DNA of 24,320 nt. It comes from Myxococcales bacterium. Its GTDB lineage: Bacteria; Myxococcota_A; Polyangia; Polyangiales; Polyangiaceae. The notes beneath the pieces are model-generated. The model did not search any database and was not told the origin of the DNA. It saw nothing but the letters and a program-made list of their open reading frames with translations. Where the stretch lies: assembly GCA_043747615.1 (NCBI GenBank), contig JAYTOU010000081.1, positions 1-24,320 on the forward strand. Reading direction: 5' to 3'. Below, piece by piece: positions 1 to 8,388 of this stretch (the stretch's first letter is position 1; every line of letters begins with the position of its first letter). The translations under genes were made by a program, and so were the position numbers.

Positions 1-159
1 TTCGGCGTGCGCCTCTCCGCGTTCGTAGCCTTCGGCGGCCTCATGGAACCGTCGCGCAGTCGCGGCCGAGTCGGCGACGACAAACCAATCCTCGTCACCG
101 TCCGGCGTCGTGCACCAGTAGAGCGCGAAGCGTTTGGTTCGTTGCGCGGCGCGCGCCAA
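1..159 (-). CDS. Hypothetical protein, N-terminal part (runs off the left edge; not in the ORF track)
   Basis: Manual translation from TTG at 159: MARAAQRTKRFALYWCTTPDGDEDWFVVADSAATARRFHEAAEGYERGEAHAE..., open to position 1. GGAG lies just upstream of the TTG, and the composition is protein-like. Confidence 0.65.
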   Translation of the reverse strand, partial: MARAAQRTKRFALYWCTTPDGDEDWFVVADSAATARRFHEAAEGYERGEAHAE

Positions 160-246
160 GAGTTTCTCCGCTGAACAGAGTGCTGGACAGCCGACCAGCG
201 ATCCCGCATTAATGGGCCGCGGGAGTGCTTTGTCGTGCGCTCAGAC

Positions 247-266
247 CGGTGTGAAGAACGGTGTGA
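247..266. repeat. Direct repeat CGGTGTGA x2, 12-bp period; possible integrase arm-type sites
   Basis: CGGTGTGA at 247-254 and 259-266, about 25 bp beyond the tRNA 3' end and separated from it by an AT-rich tract. Confidence 0.5.
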
Positions 267-290
267 TCGGGCAAAAGATGACTATTAAAG

Positions 291-365
291 TGGAGCGGGA
301 GAAGGGATTCGAACCCTCGACGTCCACCTTGGCAAGGTGGCACTCTACCACTGAGTTACTCCCGC
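291..365 (-). tRNA. tRNA-Gly (anticodon GCC), CCA encoded
   Basis: Reverse complement GCGGGAGTAACTCAGTGGTAGAGTGCCACCTTGCCAAGGTGGACGTCGAGGGTTCGAATCCCTTCTCCCGCTCCA: acceptor stem GCGGGAG/CTCCCGC, anticodon arm CCACC-TTGCCAA-GGTGG, T-loop GTTCGAATC. Confidence 0.98.
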
Positions 366-378
366 AATTCGCGCGAAA

Positions 379-407
379 CGACTAACCTTTTGTGGCCCTC
401 GTGTCAA
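379..407 (-). promoter_or_regulatory. Putative sigma70 promoter of the tRNA-Gly gene
   Basis: Perfect TTGACA (407-402, overlapping the stop codon of the upstream gene), 17-nt spacer, TAGTCG (384-379). Confidence 0.6.
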
Positions 408-1648
408 CTCGCGAAAAATCCCAAGCCGGCGTGGCTCACGATCGAGCCATCCTTCTCATCGATGTTCTGATCGTAATAAAGGAGCTCGCCGTGCGCTCTT
501 TGTGGGAGCGCCCGTAAAAGTGCGTAGATGGGCGCGAGGCCGCACACGCGCCGCTTGTCGAGGTCCCGAGAGACGTCTTTCCAGAATGCCGCCGGGTCCA
601 CGTCCGCCGCGCAGCAAAGCGAAGCGCGATCGGCCTGCTCAAGCTCGGCTCGCCCCTTTTCGGCGAGGGCGCCCGGGTCTCCGAACCGCGGTCCGACGTG
701 CGCCATGTCCGCTCCGGCAATGATCACCACGCGCCCCTGTCGCGACGCCGTCAACTCCCGGATGGCCTCGAAGAACCTCTCGACGCGGTCATCCGTCTTC
801 GGATCGGTGGAGCGTGCCTGGTGCTCGCCGAGGCCCGCGAGAATGGGAATGATGCGCGCCTCGCGGGGGCCGAGCAGGTGCTTCAGGAAGACGGCCTGAA
901 ACTCGAGAGAGTGCTCGTGCTTGTGATTGAACTGGTCGGCGTACACATCGAACGGAGCGGCCTCGGCGAGAGCGTCGATGGCGTCGAGGTCCGCTTCCAC
1001 CGGGCCGAGCGGAGTGAGGAACGATTTCTTGCACAGCGCAAATGGCTCGCGCATCGGCGCGTGCGACGTGCCGAAGAGGATGAACGTGTCTGCGTCTTTT
1101 GGAAGCCGCGCAGCCAGCGTTCGGTACGCGTGCCCGTATCCGAGCGCCCCGCGCCACGGATCGATGTGCGGAGCTACGAGGCCGACGATGTCGCGCGCAG
1201 GCTCAGTCGCGGCCACGGCGCTTTTGCCCAAGCACTCCTCGTCGAGGTATTTTTTGAGCTCGTCCGCGTCTGCATGATAGGCGCCGCCGGCATGCGAGGC
1301 CGGGCGTGTGGTGGCCTTCGCGAACTCTTGCTCGATGCGCGCACGCGCCCTTCGGTAGTTCGCGCCGGCGAGAAAAAAGCTCTGGTCCAGCTGGTCGGCG
1401 AGCTTCTCGACGAGCGCGGTCGAGACGTTCAGGCCGAGCTCGATCGACACCTCTCGAGCAATCTCCTCACACGTCAGCTCGCCGGTGAAGCGACCCACGA
1501 TGGGAGCAAGCCCGGGCGGAATGCACGCGTGCCCCGGAGCGATTCCCTGCGTGTCACGGAGGACGAGGATCTGCCCGTGCCGAGCGTCGGGCACCATGAT
1601 CGACTCTACGGGGCGGAGCTGCGGGCGCCTCGGCGCGGCGTTGGCCAT
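404..1648 (-). CDS. amrB: MEMO1-family / AmmeMemoRadiSam system protein B with an N-terminal PqqD/RRE-like extension
   Basis: MEMO1 motifs RPASHAGGAY, GLVAPHID, GTSH, FLTPLGPV, EHSLEFQ, GADMAHVG, VCG. About 100 extra N-terminal residues. Confidence 0.88.
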   Translation of the reverse strand: MANAAPRRPQLRPVESIMVPDARHGQILVLRDTQGIAPGHACIPPGLAPIVGRFTGELTCEEIAREVSIELGLNVSTALVEKLADQLDQSFFLAGANYRRARARIEQEFAKATTRPASHAGGAYHADADELKKYLDEECLGKSAVAATEPARDIVGLVAPHIDPWRGALGYGHAYRTLAARLPKDADTFILFGTSHAPMREPFALCKKSFLTPLGPVEADLDAIDALAEAAPFDVYADQFNHKHEHSLEFQAVFLKHLLGPREARIIPILAGLGEHQARSTDPKTDDRVERFFEAIRELTASRQGRVVIIAGADMAHVGPRFGDPGALAEKGRAELEQADRASLCCAADVDPAAFWKDVSRDLDKRRVCGLAPIYALLRALPQRAHGELLYYDQNIDEKDGSIVSHAGLGFFAS

Positions 1649-1678
1649 CGGTCTTCTCTAGGCTACATCGTGAGCGCG

Positions 1679-2170
1679 ATGCGCGCCCGTGCCCGGTGGA
1701 AAGATCATGCGTCTCGCGCGGAGCTCCTTGGGCTCTACAGTGCGGTGGACGAGCTGCTCCAGCCATTTTCGTGCGACGCCACGACCGAGTGTTGCCAGTT
1801 CGGCGTGACGGGACGCGAGCCATACCCGACCGCGGTCGAGCTCACCGAGGTGAGGTCTGCGATGGCTGCCCAAGGGCTCGTCGTGGGCGCTCCTGCGGCG
1901 AGTGCGGGCAAGCGACGTCTCACGATCAGCGACCCCGCGAAGCGCTGTCCTCTTCTGTCGAGCGAAGGTCGCTGCCGCGTCTACGCATCGCGGCCGTTCG
2001 GGTGCCGGACTTTTTTTTGCGATCGCGTCCAGGGCCCAGGAAAACTTCCGCGCGCTGAAATACAGCGTATTTCGAGGGCAATTGCGGATCTGTCCGAGCG
2101 CACGTTCCCGGAAGATCCGCTTCCGCGCCCTCTCACCCGCGCGCTCGGGGATCCGCCCAGCGCCAGGTGA
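1679..2170 (+). CDS. YkgJ-family cysteine cluster protein (putative Zn/Fe-S binding)
   Basis: C-terminal part of track ORF 698..2170: CDATTECC...CPLLSSEGRCRVYASRPFGCRTFFC. Start is ATG 1679 or GTG 1670; the upstream part of the ORF is an antisense shadow of amrB. Confidence 0.85.
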   Translation: MRARARWKDHASRAELLGLYSAVDELLQPFSCDATTECCQFGVTGREPYPTAVELTEVRSAMAAQGLVVGAPAASAGKRRLTISDPAKRCPLLSSEGRCRVYASRPFGCRTFFCDRVQGPGKLPRAEIQRISRAIADLSERTFPEDPLPRPLTRALGDPPSAR

Positions 2171-2327
2171 TGCGGGGGCGGCTGAAGTACGGCATCGCAG
2201 GAAGCACGATGGTCAGGCCGTACACGCGCAACGTCGTCCGACGCGGCCGGCATGGCGCCATCTCGTCATCACCGGGTCACACGACGAAGTGGGAACCCAA
2301 CACGCCTCAAGAAGAGTTGCGGCGCGC

Positions 2328-3377
2328 TCATCGGCCGGCCTCGTCGCGTGGGCGGTACACGCCGTCGATCGGATCACACGGTTCGCGTCCGACTCGGAAT
2401 TGGCCGTCATGGTCGACGTGGGCCCAGCGCTTGTCGGGCGAAGCGCCCTCGCTCAAGTACCAGTGATCGCGTTTGACGCCCCCGCCAATGCCGCTCTCGC
2501 CACCGCCCACCGACGAATCCACCTGGAGATCGTGGACGGCTCCGCCAGCGAAGAACGCTCTTGCCGCCGGGTGCTTCGCTTCGAGCTCCGCCTTCGTCGC
2601 GGCATCGACCTGGCTGTTCGAATAGACGATCACAGCGTGGCCGACGTCGTTGGCTGACGGCTTCAAGAGCGTGAAGAGATCCCCGGTGCGGGCCCTGAGC
2701 GGGTCGACTTTTTGAAAATGCGGATTTCGTGGGAGACCCGCGAGCGACTCGTTGACCATCTGCGCGTTGAATCCGTAGCGCTCGCGATGACCCTCGGCGC
2801 CACGCGCGCTCAAGAATGCCTGCTGCGCGTAGCCGGCGCAGTCGATCCCCACGCTGTGATCCCACTGCATCTGGTGGATCCGCTCGGCGTCGTTCGTACC
2901 CGGCTTGAGGTGCCCCGCGTCGATGAGGGATTGGGTTACGCGATGCAGCTGCTCAGGCGTAGGGCGTCCAGCCTGCGCCAGTCCGATGGCGCCGAAGCGT
3001 CCTCCGGTCGCGGAGACGAGCGCCGCGGTCGTTACTTTCGTCGGCTCGTTGAATCCGCCGTTCATCCGAAAAGCCGCTGGTGCGCTGACGGTCTTGCCGT
3101 CGACGACATACGGGCCGGACATCCGGTCCCGGAACGCGTCGAGCCTTGCCTGCATCGGCTTCGGATCAAACGGTGCGACCGCTGCGCTCACGGCGCGAAG
3201 CTGCGCGTTCTGGGCAAAAGCGAGGGGAGCGCGGTCCCCCGTGACGGGGATGCGATCGATCGGTGCATCCACGTGCACCCGCGGAGAAGCGGCGTTGCGT
3301 GCGAACACGCGAAGCTCGTCGGAGGCGGGGGGAGGCGGTTCGGGGCGCACGGCACGATCGCGAATGGGGTCAGTCAT
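2328..3377 (-). CDS. Hypothetical protein with NlpC/P60-like (papain-fold) Cys/His motifs
   Basis: GIDCAGYAQQAF ... RTGDLFTL ... GHAVIVY in canonical NlpC/P60 order. Pro-rich, low-complexity N-terminus and no evident signal peptide. Confidence 0.7.
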   Translation of the reverse strand: MTDPIRDRAVRPEPPPPASDELRVFARNAASPRVHVDAPIDRIPVTGDRAPLAFAQNAQLRAVSAAVAPFDPKPMQARLDAFRDRMSGPYVVDGKTVSAPAAFRMNGGFNEPTKVTTAALVSATGGRFGAIGLAQAGRPTPEQLHRVTQSLIDAGHLKPGTNDAERIHQMQWDHSVGIDCAGYAQQAFLSARGAEGHRERYGFNAQMVNESLAGLPRNPHFQKVDPLRARTGDLFTLLKPSANDVGHAVIVYSNSQVDAATKAELEAKHPAARAFFAGGAVHDLQVDSSVGGGESGIGGGVKRDHWYLSEGASPDKRWAHVDHDGQFRVGREPCDPIDGVYRPRDEAGR

Positions 3378-3440
3378 TCAGTTCGATCGACCATTGCGAG
3401 CCCTTCGTTGCGTACAATCGGCGTGCTAAACCCCTTCCTC

Positions 3441-5618
3441 GTGCGCGTTGTTTTGCGGGGAATTTTTCGCTTCGTTTGCCAGCCGATGACGCTCGGCGCC
3501 GGCTATCTCCTCTTGCTAGCCGCGCACGCGGGCTCGGGCGGCGTCGGCGAAGAGCAGCTCGGGGAGCACGCCCACGAGATCACCGCGTTCGTCGATCGGC
3601 GCTTCGGTGGAGAGATCCACCGCGTGGAGATCGCCATCGTCGCCGCTGCGCTCGTCATCGGAGCGCTCGTGGGCATCGCTGCCGGCTCGCTGGTCCGACT
3701 GCGCGATCGATTCTCCGGGCGCTGGTCGCGGGCGCCTCTGAGCCTTGCCATGGCCTCGCTGCCGGTCATCGTTTTTCTCCAAGGCTGGCAAGAGGCGTGG
3801 GGGATGGCGAATAGCCCGCAGCTCTATGCGGAGGCCTTTTACGCGCAGGGCGGCTACCTGCGCTCCGTGCAGGTGGTGGTCACCGACGTGCTCGGGCGCA
3901 GTGGTGTGCTGCTCGGCGGCCTCGTCGTCCTTGCCGTCTACGTGGCGGGACCGACGTCGCAGTGGCCCCGCTGGCCAGGGCGGTTCCAGAGAGCACTCGC
4001 GCCGGTGAAGCTCCTGATGCGGCGCGCGGCGGTGCCGGTAACGATGCTCGTCGGCGTGGCGTGCGTTCTCGGGCTCGGCCTCCCGAGGGTGGTCTGCGCG
4101 GCGCTCGAAGGCCCACCGAACATTCTGATTTTGGCGGCGGATTCTCTCAGGGCTGATCGCATCGATCCGCGCGTCGCCCCACATCTCGCCGACCTCGCCG
4201 CAAGAGGGACGCGGTTCGAGCGGGCGTACGTCTCTCTTCCGCGAACGTTTCCATCATGGGTGACGCTGCTCACCGGACGTCATCCGCATCACCACGGGAT
4301 CCGATCCATGTTTCCGCGCTGGGAAGATCGGGCGAAGGATTTCGACGCGCTACCGTCACGCCTGGCGCGCGCGGGGTACCAAACGTCGGTCGTCAGCGAC
4401 TACGCAGGAGACATCTTCGGAAGGATCGATCTCGGTTTTCGCGACGTAGAAACCCCGACATTCGATTTTCGTCAGCTCGTACGGCAACGCGCCCTCGAGC
4501 GCGAGACTCCGCTGCTGCCGATGCTCCATTCACGCCTCGGGCGAAAGGTGTTCCCCGTTCTCAGGGAGCTCAACGACGCGGCCGATCCTTCGATGCTGGC
4601 GGACGACGCCATCGCCGCTCTGCACCGTGCCGGCGATCAGCCGTTCTTCCTCACCGTATTTTTTTCGACTGCGCACTTTCCATACGCCGCACCGGCTCCG
4701 TACTACGCGCGCTTCTCGGATCCTTCGTACCGGGGGCGCTTCAAGTACCACAAGCCCGTTGGCCTCGGCCGCGAAGCCCCGCCGGACCCAGACGACGTGC
4801 GCCAAGTGCGGGCTCTCTACGACGGCGCCGTCTCCAGCATCGACGACGCAGCGGAGCGCGTGCTCGATGCGCTCGAACGAGAAAATAAGGCCGATCAAAC
4901 GATCGTGGTGGTGCTCGCCGATCACGGCGAGACGCTTTACGAGAACGACCACGGCCAGGGTCACGGGGACCATCTGTTCGGCGACGCGGGGATCCACATC
5001 CCACTCATCGTCTTCGACCCCCGAAAAAAAGGAGGTCATCGTGAGACCCGCGTCGTGCGGGACGTAGATCTAGCGCCGACGCTTTATGAGCTCACGAAGG
5101 TCGCGCCCCCGAACGATCTCGATGGACGCTCCCTCGTGCCGTCCCTCGATGGCGCGCCGCTCGCTCCTGCCTTCGCGTACGCCGAGACAGGGCTGTGGTT
5201 CACGGAGAACATTGCCGGACTCGCTCCCGAGCTTCGCCTTCCGTACCCAGACATCTCTCGGCTGACGGAGATCGACGGCGCCCACGGGGACGAGCTCGTT
5301 CTCCAATCGTCGGTGCGTCCGCTCACGTTGATGGCCAAGCACCGCATGGTGCGCGACGAGCGCTACAAGATGATCTACGCGCCGACCCGGATGGGTGTAA
5401 AATACATGCTCTTTGACACCCAGCGCGACCCGGAGGAGCGTGTGGACGTCGCCGCGACTCGCCCGGCGGAGCTCACGCGCTTGAAGAACGAGCTCAACGC
5501 CTGGATGCTCCGCGACAAGAGCATGATCCTCCGCGGCGATTACCTTCTTCCCGCCGACGAGGGCCCGCTTTCATCGGGTGCCTCGCAGGCAAGCACGCTT
5601 CGTCTCGGAGCGCCGTGA
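3441..5618 (+). CDS. Membrane-anchored sulfatase-like hydrolase/transferase (alkaline phosphatase superfamily)
   Basis: Several N-terminal hydrophobic helices, then PNILILAADSLRAD, SLPRTFPSWVTLLTG, STAHFPY, LADHGE, DLAPT. Start uncertain (GTG 3423, GTG 3441 or ATG 3486); track start 2712 overlaps the opposite-strand gene. Confidence 0.88.
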   Translation: MRVVLRGIFRFVCQPMTLGAGYLLLLAAHAGSGGVGEEQLGEHAHEITAFVDRRFGGEIHRVEIAIVAAALVIGALVGIAAGSLVRLRDRFSGRWSRAPLSLAMASLPVIVFLQGWQEAWGMANSPQLYAEAFYAQGGYLRSVQVVVTDVLGRSGVLLGGLVVLAVYVAGPTSQWPRWPGRFQRALAPVKLLMRRAAVPVTMLVGVACVLGLGLPRVVCAALEGPPNILILAADSLRADRIDPRVAPHLADLAARGTRFERAYVSLPRTFPSWVTLLTGRHPHHHGIRSMFPRWEDRAKDFDALPSRLARAGYQTSVVSDYAGDIFGRIDLGFRDVETPTFDFRQLVRQRALERETPLLPMLHSRLGRKVFPVLRELNDAADPSMLADDAIAALHRAGDQPFFLTVFFSTAHFPYAAPAPYYARFSDPSYRGRFKYHKPVGLGREAPPDPDDVRQVRALYDGAVSSIDDAAERVLDALERENKADQTIVVVLADHGETLYENDHGQGHGDHLFGDAGIHIPLIVFDPRKKGGHRETRVVRDVDLAPTLYELTKVAPPNDLDGRSLVPSLDGAPLAPAFAYAETGLWFTENIAGLAPELRLPYPDISRLTEIDGAHGDELVLQSSVRPLTLMAKHRMVRDERYKMIYAPTRMGVKYMLFDTQRDPEERVDVAATRPAELTRLKNELNAWMLRDKSMILRGDYLLPADEGPLSSGASQASTLRLGAP

Positions 5619-8332
5619 TGGTGGGTCGGATCCTGCGCGCGTCGCTCTCCTCGGGGCTCATCGTCCTCGGGATCGTCATCATGAAAAAGTTTGGCGGGGG
5701 CGCGGATGGTCCTCTCGAGATGCCGCTCCCGCCAGGCGTGGTGCCTCCCGCGTCGGTCGCGAAAAGCACTGGAAAAGAAGCGCTTCAGGTCAATCTGCGT
5801 TTCCTCGATGCGCTCAAGGACGCGCGGCTGGACGTGCCGAGCGCGAAGGCGGGGGCGCTTCTCCTGGCGTCGCATTGGCGAAAGATGCAGCTGCCGTGGA
5901 GCGCGCTGCCGAGCGAGGTGGCGGGGCTGGCCACGAGCCTTGCCCTTCGAACGAGCGCGACGGAAGTGCCCTGGGTGATGCCGAAGTCGAATGGAGGCGT
6001 GTGGTCGCCGGACGCGCGCGTCTGGAACATGAGCGAGGGGAGCTTTGATCAGCGGGAGGCGATCTTCGCGCCAACGCCGTCGGTGATTGCGTTTCGGGTG
6101 AGCGTACCGGCGAACGCGAAGCTCTCGTTTGCGCCGGCGACGGTGAACACCGTGCAACAAGACACGCTCTTCGTGGTGACCGCGATCGATGCGCGAGGCC
6201 AGGAAAAGGAAGTTTGCGGAGCGCGGATTTCGTCGGGCGAGGCGAGGCAGTGGCACGAGGTGTCGTGCGCGCTCGATGCGTGGTCGGGCCAGACCATCGA
6301 GCTGCGCTTCAAGACCAGCCTCGTTCCCGCAGAAACCAAGCCCCCCGTCGCTCTGCCCCCGCCGCGACGTTCCCACGACGAAGACGCAGGCGCGCCCAGC
6401 GCCGAGGAGCGGAGAAGGGAGGCCGCGCTCACGGGAGGAACGCTGGGGCTCGCTCTGTGGGGTAACCCGACGCTGCTCGCGAAGGCTCCGTCAAAGCTCC
6501 CTTACAACGTGCTTTGGATCGTGGTCGATGCCCTCCGCCCGGACGTGATCGCTTCGTTTCACGATGACGCAGACGACGCAAAGAAACGGGGAGCGACGAA
6601 GGATCCGCTCGACGCACTCCTTCCTAAGGTCCCGGGGCTCATGCCCGTTCTCGACGATCTTGCGACGCGCGGCGTTCGTTTCACGCACGCCTATTCCAAC
6701 GGGGCGTGGACGCGGCCGGGCACCTTGGCGATGCTCTCCGGGTCGCGCTCGACGGAGCTCGGAATCGATCCTCTGCCGTGGGTGCTGCAGCCGGCTAGCG
6801 CTGATCGCTACTACCGCTCCGATCCGCCGCTCCTGTCGCTCCTTCTTCGTTACGAGGGGGCGGCGACACGCGCCTTCGTGAACAACTATTTCATGGTCGG
6901 GTACGCGGCGGTCGGCGTGGACATGGGGTTCGAGCGCGTCGACGATCATCGCTACCGAACGCGCGACACTCTGGAGATCACTACCCACGCCGTCGATTGG
7001 CTGAAAAACAACCGGGATCAACGTTTCTTTGTATTCTGCAACTACAACTCTCCCCACGAGCCGTGGGAGCCGCCGAAGAAATTCCAAGACCGCGTTCCCC
7101 CTCCGCCTGCGGGGCCGGGCGAGTGGATTCCGCGCCAGTACATGGCAGAAGCGGCGAAGGACGACGAGGCGATCGGCGTGCTCATGAAGACGCTCGACGA
7201 GCTTGGGCTGAAGGATCGCACGCTCGTCGTGATCACGGCCGATCATGGCGAGACGCTCTCCTCGGCGCATGCTGGGACTTCGAAGCTCGACAAGATGCCC
7301 GTGCGTTACCACCACGCGGTGAGCAACTACGAAGAGACGAGCCGCGTCCCGATCCTGATGGTGCTGCCAGGCGTTCTTCCAGAAGGAAAGCTCGTTGCGG
7401 ATCGGGTGCGGAGCATCGATCTCGCGCCCACGGTGCTCGACATCGAAGGCCTAGAGACGAACCCGAAGATGTCGGGGCGCTCGGTCATGCCTCTCATTCG
7501 CGGCGCGAAGGAGCCGGAGGAGCGCGTCGTGCTCACCGAGGGGCGGGGAACGAGAGGTTTTCTCTGGGGCAAATACCGGCTGCTTCTTCGCGAAGGAGCC
7601 GCCCAGACGACGACCTTCCCAGACGACGTCGTGATCACCGCGGCCGAAGAGCTCTACGATCTGGACGCCGATCCCGGCGAGCGTCGGGATCTCGCCCGCG
7701 ATCTCCCGGACGTGGTCGCCGAGATGAAAGCGCGGATGCACGCGGCGGCCAAGAACGTCCCCGTGGCGGGAAGCGCGGCGAGCTTTCTTCCCGGTCCCGA
7801 GCAGGGTTCGGGGAAGGTCCACCTACGCTTTGCAGGAGCCGGATCCACGCATCGCGTGTCGGGCGCGATCACGGTGGTCGGAGGCACGCTGCACGCTGAA
7901 GCGGTGGGCGTTGGGGCTGACGCCTTCAAGCTCGAAGGCACCCGTCTGGAGATCGCCTTCCTCACTTCGCCGAGCGACGGCGTCGGATTCGATCTTCAGC
8001 TCGATCCGCCGACCGCAAAGGTGACGTGGCAGCTCTTCTTGGATGAGCTACCTTGGCCCGCGCGCCGCGTTTTCGCAGGCCCGTTCGGCCTCTCCGACGA
8101 CAGCGTGCAGCACGGCCTCGACACCGACACTGCCCGCGCCGCCGCTTTTTCTCCGCGACTTCCGGAGATCGATCTTGCCCGGGACCTGGGGCTGTTCGTC
8201 ACCCGTGACCGCCGCAATGAAACCAGCGCACCCTCGATCTCGCAGAACGCCGAGGGCTCGGCCGAGATGAATCGTCTCCTCAAAGAGTGGGGATACGCCC
8301 ACGGCAGCGGATCTGCTGCGCTAAAAAAATGA
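5615..8332 (+). CDS. Sulfatase-like hydrolase/transferase with N-terminal anchor and accessory domains
   Basis: YNVLWIVVDALRPD, GAWTRPGTLAMLSG, NSPHEPW, TADHGE, DLAPT, ELYDLDADPGE. The start overlaps the previous stop (GTGATG). Confidence 0.9.
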   Translation: MMVGRILRASLSSGLIVLGIVIMKKFGGGADGPLEMPLPPGVVPPASVAKSTGKEALQVNLRFLDALKDARLDVPSAKAGALLLASHWRKMQLPWSALPSEVAGLATSLALRTSATEVPWVMPKSNGGVWSPDARVWNMSEGSFDQREAIFAPTPSVIAFRVSVPANAKLSFAPATVNTVQQDTLFVVTAIDARGQEKEVCGARISSGEARQWHEVSCALDAWSGQTIELRFKTSLVPAETKPPVALPPPRRSHDEDAGAPSAEERRREAALTGGTLGLALWGNPTLLAKAPSKLPYNVLWIVVDALRPDVIASFHDDADDAKKRGATKDPLDALLPKVPGLMPVLDDLATRGVRFTHAYSNGAWTRPGTLAMLSGSRSTELGIDPLPWVLQPASADRYYRSDPPLLSLLLRYEGAATRAFVNNYFMVGYAAVGVDMGFERVDDHRYRTRDTLEITTHAVDWLKNNRDQRFFVFCNYNSPHEPWEPPKKFQDRVPPPPAGPGEWIPRQYMAEAAKDDEAIGVLMKTLDELGLKDRTLVVITADHGETLSSAHAGTSKLDKMPVRYHHAVSNYEETSRVPILMVLPGVLPEGKLVADRVRSIDLAPTVLDIEGLETNPKMSGRSVMPLIRGAKEPEERVVLTEGRGTRGFLWGKYRLLLREGAAQTTTFPDDVVITAAEELYDLDADPGERRDLARDLPDVVAEMKARMHAAAKNVPVAGSAASFLPGPEQGSGKVHLRFAGAGSTHRVSGAITVVGGTLHAEAVGVGADAFKLEGTRLEIAFLTSPSDGVGFDLQLDPPTAKVTWQLFLDELPWPARRVFAGPFGLSDDSVQHGLDTDTARAAAFSPRLPEIDLARDLGLFVTRDRRNETSAPSISQNAEGSAEMNRLLKEWGYAHGSGSAALKK

Positions 8333-8388
8333 GGCGCACAAAGGAACGCGTTGCCACGCGCATGAGATCGGCGTAACCGCGGGGATTC

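Noticed and set aside
134..385. 83-aa plus-strand ORF
   Set aside because: It runs antisense across the tRNA-Gly gene; EREKGFEPSTSTLARWHSTTELLP is just the translated tRNA complement.
698..1669. Long N-terminal extension of the YkgJ ORF (490 aa)
   Set aside because: Antisense shadow of amrB; the recognisable domain starts at about 1670-1679.
2171..2327. Possible immunity gene downstream of the NlpC/P60-like gene
   Set aside because: The ATG overlapping its stop gives only about 20 codons, and the other frames are interrupted or unrecognisable.
3378..3412. Sigma28-like promoter (GCAA...GTCGATCG) upstream of the NlpC/P60-like gene
   Set aside because: The match to TAAA-N15-GCCGATAA is too weak in both sequence and spacing.
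2712..3422. N-terminal ~240 aa of the 968-aa sulfatase-like ORF
   Set aside because: It overlaps the minus-strand NlpC/P60-like gene and has shadow-like composition.
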